Of a DNA stretch of 35,615 nt, positions 23,478 to 33,600 are shown piece after piece (position 1 is the stretch's first letter; each line of letters starts with the position of its first letter). The notes below the pieces were generated by a model. The model worked only from the letters and a program-made list of their open reading frames with translations, searched no databases and was not told the origin of the DNA. The position numbers were made by a program, and so were the translations under genes. The stretch covers positions 1 through 35,615 of the forward strand of contig RBZT01000247.1 of the NCBI GenBank assembly GCA_003693705.1, read 5' to 3'. The stretch is from Polymyxa betae A26-41. Lineage: Eukaryota > Protista > Endomyxa: Phytomyxea.

Positions 23478-24400
23478 CAGGCCTCATTAATTTTGGTAAT
23501 CTATTAATAGTTACCAGAATTATAGAAAATAAGGTCTGAAAATTTACCAAAAATAAAAAAAATATTTTTGTTGATTTTTTTCTCGGACTGCTTTGTTTGC
23601 CGAGAGGATGCCGAGTAGCTGTCTACCTGGCTTTTTTTGCAGGAAACAAAGTTTGATAACGAGTCTGTTGGAGATTGGACAATATCATATGAATCTATCA
23701 CCGGCTTCTTGGATGACCAAGGACTGTGGATTCATGACATAGTCGAAACTTTGTCTGAAGACAACCAGCTGTTGGAGAAACGAGAGGTTGGACAATTAAT
23801 CGCTGGGTTCGTAGATGGCGTCAGTCGTATTTGCAGGATGCGGGACCCCGGAAATCGCCCGATCGAAGATGACTTCCCTTCGTTATTTCCAAGTTTCTTG
23901 TTCAAGTTACGGGGCAGAGATTTCGGTCCGCTGCTCGTGAGATACCGAGAACGCTTCGCGACGGTTTTACATCGAATCTCCTCTGAGCAAACGGAATTGT
24001 TTAAGGCTTACGAAAATGACACTGCATTGCAACAGGCAATTCAGCAGTGTGGCGACGGTGATTCGTTCGAGAAACACTGGAATATTAACGCTCTTGATGG
24101 ACGATTCTCGACACTTCGGTCGTTTGCCGGGCCTTGTTTACAGTGTTTCCGAATACTTCTTCTGTCGAATCCGACCTTTCCGTCTTGGGATGGGAGAAGA
24201 ATGAGAATCGAGAGTCATTATCAGACATCTCACTAGAAGGCGTTTTGCATGCTAAGCAGTTTGATCAGCTCCAACAGCTGAAATAAACGGTTTTCGGCTT
24301 CTTCGTGTTGCTTAGATAGCAAAATCTTGATCATTACAGAAATAACCAAAATTAGCTTATTTTTATTAAATTTGGTAAATACCAAAATTAAGGAGGCCTG
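23478..24400 (+). mobile_element. Internally deleted hAT element
   Basis: TIRs CAGGCCTC(A/C)TTAATTTTGGTA; 8-bp TSD CCCTACTG at 23470-23477 and 24401-24408; retains a frameshifted transposase C-terminus (VFPNTSSVESDLSVLGWEK...SLEGVLHAKQ). Confidence 0.92.
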
Positions 24401-24435
24401 CCCTACTGTATTTCTCGAATCTAATTTTATTATGA

Positions 24436-24982
24436 GAGCCTGGTTCAAGTAGAAAATGCGTGAGCCGCAATTCTTTTTCCAGCCAATCAGCTTTCGTCTC
24501 CCGGAGAGTGCCGCAATTCCGATGCGCAATTCCGGAATCCACCCTCAGAGGGTGCATTCCGAGGCGCTACCGCTATTCTTTGCACATGCTGCCTCATCAT
24601 GCGTCTATCTGAGCAGCAGCTAGCAGCTCTTCTGTCTCAACATAGTCCACGAATCTCGCCTTCAATAAAGCCTCTACTATTTCGTTGCTCCAGCGAAAAT
24701 CGCCTCGAGGTTCCCTACCACTTTTTTGGCGTCTATGTTACGACCGACAAAGTAGCAGCAGCGGAGGCGCCGTCAACCTCAGTCATTCCAGCAGCTGTTG
24801 TCAGGTCTAGAGCTGCCATTAATGGCCAGAACGGCGCAGCCTTTGGCCGGTGCGCGCAGCCTTCAACGCGGCCTTCACAAATTGCGGGACCGTAATTTCT
24901 CGACCCGCTACTTGCAGCCAGATTTCTTTTATTCACGCTATAGGCTATTCTTTGGCGCAATTTTTCTACTTGAACCAGCCTC
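24436..24982. mobile_element. Harbinger/Tourist-like MITE (547 bp)
   Basis: TIRs GAG(C/G)CTGGTTCAAGTAGAAAA; 3-bp TSD TGA at 24433-24435 and 24983-24985. Confidence 0.8.
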
Positions 24983-25456
24983 TGAGCAATTACGACGAAT
25001 TTGAATTCCAGTTTCTGAATCAGATTGTTTCGTTCATTTCGGTCGACAGAATAAACTCGCTCCCAAGTTTCGTTAGGGAAAGAGTTTTGCTCACTCTTAG
25101 CCCTTTCGATCTTCTTCCATCTGCTAGCAAGGCCGTCATCGTAGATTGAAGACAGCCAACAGCAACCCGGGCAATGGCAGCATCATCGTCCGAATCAGTT
25201 GATGATATCATCTACTTTTTTGAAGAGGGCTATCTCCTTTTTGCGTTCCGGATGGAACTGCGTTTTATCTACTTATTGAGAAAGGAGGCAGGCGACCTCC
25301 TGAAATTATAAGGAGACGGAAAATGCGCTCCGCAGTCAAGGCTATCCAATAAGGAGACGACCAAAAAGTAGACAATACGCACTCTCAGCCAGGCTCTAGG
25401 CGTCCAATTAGCGATAGGACTTCCCCTCGAACTTTCTGGTTTTAGAAATCGAAATA

Positions 25457-25630
25457 CCGTTGACTCTCTCATAATTGATAGGGTCGGGAGAAAGGGAAAT
25501 TATCAACTATGAGAGAATATCAAATATTCCAATAAACGGTATGCTCATACAAAATGCTCGGGAGAACAAAAAAATATTACATGTGCGAGAGTATCAGTTA
25601 TGAGAGAACCAGTTATGCGAGAGTCAACGG
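25457..25630. mobile_element. Tc1/mariner-pogo type MITE (174 bp)
   Basis: TA|CCGTTGACTCTCTCATAATTG...CAGTTATGCGAGAGTCAACGG|TA. Confidence 0.9.
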
Positions 25631-25949
25631 TATACTGTCCAGCAACTGAGGCACCAGATTGACATAGTCGCTAACGTTAAGGCGACATCACGCCTTTGCA
25701 ACACCCCAAAACCTTTCAATGTGATCGAATTCGCAGTGGTGTGTTTGGGATAGAATTCAACCACCTTCAGTCTGTGTCAATTGAAAAAATTGTTACATGT
25801 AACATTACTTATTGACCAAGAAAGCACTGGATGAGTGATAGGTTTACTCGGTTCATGAGTGGCGGAAATACTTCGTGAGAGGATTCTGAAATCGATGAAT
25901 CTTCCCAGTCGTTGCCCAGGGGTCCCAATTAGCGGCTTGTACACCGGCT

Positions 25950-26265
25950 GTGTGAGTCATCCTACCCTGACGCCGACCAGACCAGCAGACCTTATATCGC
26001 GGCACGTCAGCGACAGTGGCTGTTCTCATCCAGCGGTTCTATTGGTCTTCGATGCGAGTCGACGCCGCTGATTTCGTCCGTCTCTGTTTAACTTGTGTTC
26101 CTGTCAAGGCCGGCGACGTTGTCCCCCGTCCTTTTGGCGCTACCGCCAACCCAACTCAAGCTAACGAGATTTTGGATTTCGACTATCTCTACATTGGCCC
26201 CTCCAGGTCCGACTACAAACAACTGCTTGTCGTACGAAATCGCCTTTCCGGTTATGTTGATATTG
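25950..26265 (+). pseudogene. Ty3/gypsy integrase fragment (zinc-binding domain and start of core)
   Basis: RFYWSSMRVDAADFVRLCLTC...VPRPFG...NEILDFDYLYIG...LSGYVDI, cut off abruptly. Confidence 0.85.
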
Positions 26266-26531
26266 TGTCAATAAGGGGTATCAAACATGCGCTTTCGGTA
26301 GCTTTTAACGTCTGCTTTTAAAGGGTCTTAAAAGTGCTTTTAACTTTGCTATTGATGCTATAAGTCAATGAAAAATAGGTATTTTTCCGAAATTGTTTCG
26401 CAAGTTTGCGTGGCCTCCACTTTAAAAGCGCTTTTAAATTTTAAAAGCATCTCCCCCCGTACTCCGTGGAGTATAGGATAAGATGGAAGGATAGAAAGTG
26501 AAATGTATTTTGCTGGGAACCGACGGGTTAA

Positions 26532-29500
26532 CTCTTAAATTTTATTATAAAAGGTCAATAGAATGGAAGATTTCCAACCTAAATCTGTAAGGAATAGGAT
26601 TGGCAAACATTTTTCGCTTCTCTGCTCGGCACGGAATGTGAGCTAAAAAATTGCGATGGTCGGAATTTTTTATCCTACCTGATAGGATAAAAATTGTAGG
26701 TTAGCAGTCCAATTTATCGAGTTTTATCCTTCATCATAGGCCAGAAACAAACAGGATTTATTATATTGAAACATAGGCAGAAGCCTGAACTTCAGGTACG
26801 ACGTCGAGTCGATCGACTTCGGGCGGGAGTAACGATTGCATTGCTTTGAGAGCGACTTAAAGGGCCCTCATCTGCAGTTCTCTTTCGAGAAGGTGGTGCT
26901 GGACGATTAGAATGCCCTCTGGCAACTACAAGATCCGTTGACGTAGCACAAGGACTATTCAGAGCGCTAGCTGTGTGCCATTGATCAAAGCAGCTCTGTT
27001 GCTGAGTGCTGCCGGTAACGAATCGTTCAACTTTGCAAAGAGGCACTTCACAAATAGCACAGCTAAACTTCGTTTTGAAACCTAACCGTGCGTGCTTTGG
27101 ATCGTTATGCGTTTTTGAGCGACAGCACCAAACGCAGCTTTTCTGTTTTTCGTTCAGCACAGCAACGTGACCTAGATTACCGTTTTTTCGCTTCCTGGCC
27201 ATGTCTTCGTTGGAGAAAAAGATGGTTCGTTTGTTGTATGTGACTGTCGAGCTACGGTAGTGATCACCGACCCCAATTCATTGGTCGGCTGTGGAATCTG
27301 TGTGTTGTCATCACTTGTGGTACCGTTGAATGGATGCTCTACGACAACGAGCTTTTGAAGGTCTGTTGACGCGTCCCGACAAAAGTCTGAGAAACGGCTT
27401 AGTGAAGATTTGTACTTCTGAAAGTCGCGAAAAGTGTGACACCGAGTAGGATTCGTCAGAAACTCAAAGGACTAAACAGTATCAGAATCGTAAGAGCATC
27501 GAACGTATGATTGTCGTACCTGCAGCAAAAGAAGCGATTGGTGGGCATTATAAACCAACGTCATCAGCAAACGAAGCCAGATGGCTGCTACAGGATTTAA
27601 GCAGTAATGCACTGATTTACAGTTTTTCAACACTCGGCTGTAGACATTAACACCACCTTTGATCTTGTTCCAGAGAGCTACGAGAAAAGGAACAATGTTT
27701 TCCTGGAGGAAGAGGCCTGCAACGCGTCTCAATCAATTTTACTACTGCTCTCCACAGCGCTAACTTGCACTCAAGAGTCTGGGAATCTGTACAAAATCCT
27801 AATTCTGATTCAGAGAATGCTGGAACAGGAATTTGCGGGTTATACACCCAATAAAGATATTTCTGTTAAATAAACGTGACAGCTTGCTGATATTTCGCTC
27901 TTAATTCCAAACAACCTCGAATATGAACCACTCAAATGATGGCAGAAAGCGTTGCAGTTACGAAAAAAGCGTCATCAAGATCGCTACAACACATATCATG
28001 AACTAGCTGAGCACGATAGAAATTTTTCGGTATCGATTTTTTAAATGTGACGGGATCCTGAACAATGTCTATAAATTGAAAATTTCCGAACCTGATCATA
28101 ATTGCTCTGTCGTGCTCTTCAGATCGATCTCGTCTAGTGAGTGTTTTGAATTCAACACAGGCCAAAAAAGATTCACTCTCAGATTCAGCGAAACAAATTG
28201 CATCTGGAGAGAAAGCGGCAGCTGGTTGGCCTTTACGATGAAGCAGACCATATTCTTTCACTGATCGGATTTTATAGCCAGAATTGCCTTCAATGAAAGG
28301 CCGAAACCATTTGAGAATTTTTGATTCATTCATAGATCCCAATTTCATTGCAGTTGTTTTCAAAGGACTCATAAAAAAACATTTCAAGAGACAAGCCTCT
28401 ACTGACTGAGCTTCGCCTTCCCCTTCACTATCATCCAGTATTCGTTTGATCAAAGCTGATTTGTTACCGCCGACCCTCAAACCTTTTGCTTTACAGATCT
28501 CTTTCAGATCCGCCACAGAAAGAATTTTTAGCTCGTCTTCAGAATACACGCGATCAGCGGTGGGGGTCTCACTCTGGCTGGCTATACTTGGAAGAACGGA
28601 GAGACATACTTGACCAATAGACAGTCAAATATTTGTGTAAAAACAGAAAACTCGCTTGCACGAGGGTCGACGTCTCCAGCTCGCAACATTGTCTGTGCTA
28701 TCGAGTTAAAAACAGCCCAAGCTGCAGTTCCAGTAATCCTGCCGTATCGAAGTAGAAACCACTCTGGAGTACGCTGCTCGTACGTCAGCTGTTCAACGTT
28801 TCCGGGTTCAAAACGCAGAAGGTGCTCGTCGTCAGTCGGAGAAGTGGCAGTATCGTTGCCCGATCGCGAGACGAACGCCCATTTGCCAGGCCCAGCCAAT
28901 GGCAACGTTGTGTGTGCTAAAATCGTTCGTCCTAAACCAGTCCGATGGGCCAACGCAAAATGACGCTGCGATGCTCCAGCCAGCCCGGATGGAGCCCGTT
29001 GCATCCAAAACGCGCATCGAGCCCCTTCCTCGGAAATGAGTCGCTGAGACGAATTGGCATGGCTGCCATAGGTAAACGGAAACGACGCCATTTTCTTTGC
29101 TGTTCCAACAACATCAGCACCGATCTCTAACAGTCGCGTTATCACTTCGCCTTGGGTTCCACCGTATCCTCTATCAAAAGCGACTAGGTTTGGAATTTCC
29201 ACCTGTGATTGAATAGATGCCCCCGATATCGAACTAAGCAGAATATTGACACAGTCTAAAACTGATTCGCCACGAGCCCCCACATGGCCACCTAAATATA
29301 GCCCAGTACATAAAAAAACAATGCTGTGATGTATAGCGCCCATGCCCTTAGTAGGGTTGTTAATATGTGAAAATCCCATAGAGTCAACCTTTCTAGATCG
29401 AAGCCGAAGCAGGTCGTCGTCCATGGAAAGAATAGAGAAACGTTCAACAAAACCGTTTTCGGCTGAAATTCGCCGAACTAGATGCAAAGCCGCTGCAATG

Positions 29501-30382
29501 TCTCTATCATGCTTCAGTGGAGCAGTCCAAGTAGATGATGAGATGTCGTTTGAGGCAGAACGGTTTTGACCAAGAGCACGAAGAATCTGGTTTGTGTAAT
29601 TCCTACTGTCTGGCTAGGATAGAAACCGACGTTGGCTGGATCGAAAAAACGACCAGGCGAGCAGCAATAAAAGGATAAAAGCAATTCGACCTTGACGAAC
29701 TGTATTATTTCGGCCGAAGACTCACTATCACTAATGTGACGATTAATAAAAGTCTTCATGTGGCCAAGGAATGCAGATCCTAGCCACAACTTCAGTGCAT
29801 GAATCGGCTTGATCTTCTGGACCCGGCGATCAATTCCTCTTGCCCCAAACATTCCCTTCAGAAGAACCTTCCGGACGATCCGGACCTCTTCCCGAGCTCG
29901 TTCCAGTAGATAAAGCTCAACGTTATCGACTTCAATGTCCTACTCCTGGGTTGAGACACCTGTCCAATCCTCAACTGATACGCCGTCATCCTGTTCCCCG
30001 AAAAGATCGAGATCAGCTATAAGGGACGCTAAACGATCATCTCCAATTAAGCTAGCATCGTCTGAAGACATGTTTGATGGCAATAACTTGGATTCACGAA
30101 AACAAACAATATCAATGATCGGTATGCAGATCATGATCATGCCGTACTACCCATATTTCTGCTGCTCGTCATCGAAGCCTACTTTTGAAAATCGTCACAG
30201 GCCTATTGATAGGGAAGCGATAGCAGTTTATAGATGCGAAATCAGAATAAATACAAAGAAGTTACAAGCACGTGAAATGTCAGATTTTATCCTACAGAAG
30301 GAATCGTATAGGATAAAACCTTTGAGCTGTCGCAATCACGAATTTATATTTTATCCTACCAGGTAGGATAAAATACACGAGG
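26532..30382 (-). mobile_element. piggyBac-like DNA transposon (decayed)
   Basis: TTAA at 26528-26531 and 30383-30386; palindromic TTTTATCCTA...TAGGATAAAA motifs at 26667-26693, 30284-30318 and 30347-30375. The left boundary is uncertain because its TIR is degenerate. Confidence 0.68.
26792..30071 (-). pseudogene. piggyBac-like transposase containing YqaJ/lambda-exonuclease and SAP domains, with C-terminal Cys-rich domain
   Basis: LSMDDD, VAFDRGY, VVGT, then QRTPEWFLLRYGRITGT, SAP (LSVADLKEICKAKGLRVGGNKSALIKRI), AMKLGSMNE, FSPDAI, VEFKT, YRAQ, then WNKIKGGVN and CVWC...TKFSCAICEVPLC...CFDQWH. Several stops and frameshifts. Confidence 0.8.
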
Positions 30383-30479
30383 TTAAGATTTAAAAGCGCT
30401 TTTAAACCGATGCGGCGATGCCACGGTCAATTTTAAAAGCGCTTTTAAAATTCTCCGGAACGCCAACTTTGATATCCCC

Positions 30480-30609
30480 TAATATTCCGATCGGACCTGA
30501 CTAAACTCCGTTAATCGGAAACTTTCCGAGTTTCGAGCTAACCTCCGATCTCAGTGATATATAAGGGTTCGTATCGATCTAATATAATCATTCTGCATTC
30601 ATCATTACA
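30480..30609 (+). repeat. Major part of a short gypsy 5' LTR (first bases at 26266-26274)
   Basis: Removing 26275-30482 gives TGTCAATAATATTCCG...CATTACA (~136 bp) with a TATATAA motif, upstream of gag. Confidence 0.6.
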
Positions 30610-30688
30610 ATTGTAGCATCAACTTTAAAGTAGACTTGCTACAAAGATTTCTATAGCTGCACTTTGCCATTTCAAGACTTGATATATT

Positions 30689-33600
30689 ATGGAGGACATG
30701 GCGAATATGACAGACAATGTGGAGGATCAGTCCGCGCACAATTCGGCCGATGGCGGAGGTGAACCGCAGCCTGGTAACTCGGTTACTGACAATGGTCAAC
30801 ACGATCGAATGATGCCGCAAGCCCCAAATTTATTCAACGGCGCATTCGTGATCAACCAGGAGACACCGCCGCTGGATAACGGCAATTCTCGTGCTGAACT
30901 TGCCGCATAGTACGTCCAAGCGAACGATTATTATCTTCGGATGATTGCTTCTGGGAATGCAATCCCTCTTCGCGCACTGTTTCATCCGGACAAATTATGC
31001 TACATCGCGAATTGGGAATTGTATGAGCACATGGAGGTTTCTTTGCTGACGGACAAAATCTTCAGTGACTACGTATACGTTGGACGTCAACTTGCTCAAG
31101 AATCGACCGACAGTGTTAACCATGTCCAAGCTGCCATGGCTAGCTTGAAGGTGGAGTTCACTCCAGGAATGCCGCTGTCGGTAGTTGAAAAGTTTATGCA
31201 GTCGTTTAAAAATATCCTGCAGCGGTACCAGCTTGTCAGGGATGCCGGGCGAAAGCGGGCTAGAGTAGGATTTGTCGAAAGCGAAAACGAATGTATTAAT
31301 AAAACGGAGGTTAGCGGAATGGAATCTGTCTGCTGTCCTAGTTCGCTGAAGTATATCTACGGAATGTTCTTAGAACATTCTTGACAGAGTAGAATCACGG
31401 CCTTTCTCAAGTTTTGACATCTGGCGTCTGCAGTGGAACGCTCTAGTAGGGCTCCGATCGGGTCGGGTCGGGTCGGGTTCGGTCGGATACCAGCCCCATA
31501 CCCGAACCCGACCCGACTTTTCCGGGTCGTGTACCCGACAATTGTATGGCGAGAGAAAAAATTCACAGAAACGCTGTATAAACATCTTGATTGGCTGCGC
31601 TATTACCTAACGTCAATGCACTTAGTGTCTCAGGCTGAAGGGAATGTCGACGCAGTCTAAAAACATTGTCCGCAGTTAAAAATTTCTTAAATCCGACACG
31701 GGCAATCCAGGAATGGACAGTACTCGCATGCGAAGTAATGTAATATAAAGGATCAACAGAAGAATCCTCGCAGCGCAAGTTCAAATAATTGTCGGCCTCG
31801 TTAATTATTGGCCTTCACAAACGCATTGAGAGAACATCGAGGTACGTGAAAAATGAAGAATCTTCACCAGCTGCCCCTGTGGTAGCGGTGGGGACCTGTT
31901 CAGCAGTACCAATTTCTCCCAATCGGTCACTTTTGCTCCCAATTAGAGATTATCGGAAGAGAAACAGGTTCGATAAGGTCAGAGTAATCAATATCGAAGT
32001 CCATTATTTTTGAATAGTTGCGAACCCGTCGGTGAAGAAATGGGTGCTTTGTTCTTGCGGGTTGTCATATTCGTGACTGCAATGATGCATCTTGACAAAA
32101 TACACAAATGGGAGCTGAACGTAAATCCGTGCGCGGTTTATATATACATCTCAAATTATAACCGTCGGATACTCGACCCGCTACCCGAACCCGACCCGAA
32201 CCCGACCCGACCCGGGTGGCAAGACTGATCAGCGAAAACCGAAGGGGACGAGTGACCAGCGCGTGAAGTCCCAGGTAAGCAAAAAGGACTTGAACCCATC
32301 ATCGAAGAAGCGCCCGCGATCGGAGTCGATTGATGCGGAAAAGGGCAAGAATGTGTCCTGCTTCCAGTGCCATGAGGTTGGACATCCTCGGGGTCTTTGT
32401 CCGCAGTTGAATAAAAAATCCAAGAAAGTTTCGGATTATACTTTGATCTGTGCTTTGAACTTAAATACTGATCGAACTATTCTAGTTCAAATTGGATCAG
32501 GGATGACAGTTCCAGCAATCTTGGATAGCGGTGCTAATCAGGTTTCTCTTATTCCTAAGCGTGTGCTTAATGAAGTGATCAAGTCTGAACTTGATGACTT
32601 GAAACTTGTAGAGTTGGATCTGTCGATTTTGATTAAATTGGGAGACAATAAAAGCACTGTAGAGGTTTCTGAGACTGTGACTTTAGATATCAAGATCCTT
32701 GCTCAGGCTGGACGAGTGTTAGTTACGGATCGGCGATTCTTAGTCTGGGATGTGCCAGGAGATGAAATTATGAAATCATCTTAGGTAGTGACATCTTACA
32801 GTCGTTAGGGATTGATCCTTATAATGCTATAAATGACTTGGCATGTGTTAGGCAGAAACAGGCAGGATTGAAAAATAGTATGGAGCCTGTACTTAGTAAT
32901 TCAGAGACTGAGGTTATCCAAAGCAGTATTGATAAAGCTATGGAAAGAGCAAGTCATTCTGGTTTAGATAAACACTGGATTTCTAAGTTAGAAACATTAC
33001 TCTATAAGTACACTGATGTATTTAGGGTGAAAATGGGAGCAGATTTTCCAGCCAAAGTTACTCCATTTAAAACAAGTCTTAAGTCGAATGCTAAACCATA
33101 TAAATGCAAACCTAGGAAGTATAGTCAGGAGCAAAGTCAATTTCTTAAAATTTTACAGATGACTTAGTTGCCAATGGTTTGATTTATGAGAATCTCAATT
33201 CTGAGTGGGCTTCACCTGTGTTGATGGTTAAAAAAGAAGGAGGTGGTCACAGGATGTGTGTTGATTTACGTGCTGTAAACACCATGTCTGAGAGTACAGT
33301 ATGGCCAATGCCCTTTCTTGAGTCCATTGCTACTCATTTGGGAGATTCTAAATATTGGTTTAAGTTAGATGCTTTTAAGGGTTTTTAGCTTATGCCGTTA
33401 GCAGAAGAATGTCAAGAGATGTTCTCTTTTATGACAGATAGAGCAGTTTTCTCTCCGAGAAGATCTATTCAAGGAGCTTTGAATTCAGCTATTCAATTTC
33501 AATCCCGGATGCATGAAGTATTCAAGGATTTGATATTTGACAAGCTAATTATCTGGATTGATGATTTGCTTGGACATGCTGCGACGTTAGAGCAGTGGTT

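Larger units (their letters stand above)
26275..30479. mobile_element. Non-autonomous Harbinger-type element carrying a nested piggyBac-like element
   Basis: Ends GGGGTATCAAA and revcomp GGGGATATCAAA; TAA at 26272-26274 and 30480-30482; palindrome TTTAAAAGCGCTTTTAAA near both ends. Confidence 0.72.

Noticed and set aside
24233-25472. Numerous 60-100 aa ORFs in the six-frame track
   Set aside because: They overlap MITE or TE debris on both strands and have no recognisable motifs; treated as spurious, like the antisense ORFs over real genes.
31237-31446. CAGGGATGCC start of a possible additional hAT-like insert in gag
   Set aside because: No matching inverted end or 8-bp TSD could be identified.
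22487-33390. RIP-like mutation suggested by TGG->TAG and CAA->TAA stops in TEs
   Set aside because: Stop codons are inherently enriched for such transitions; the idea cannot be supported without alignment to consensus copies.
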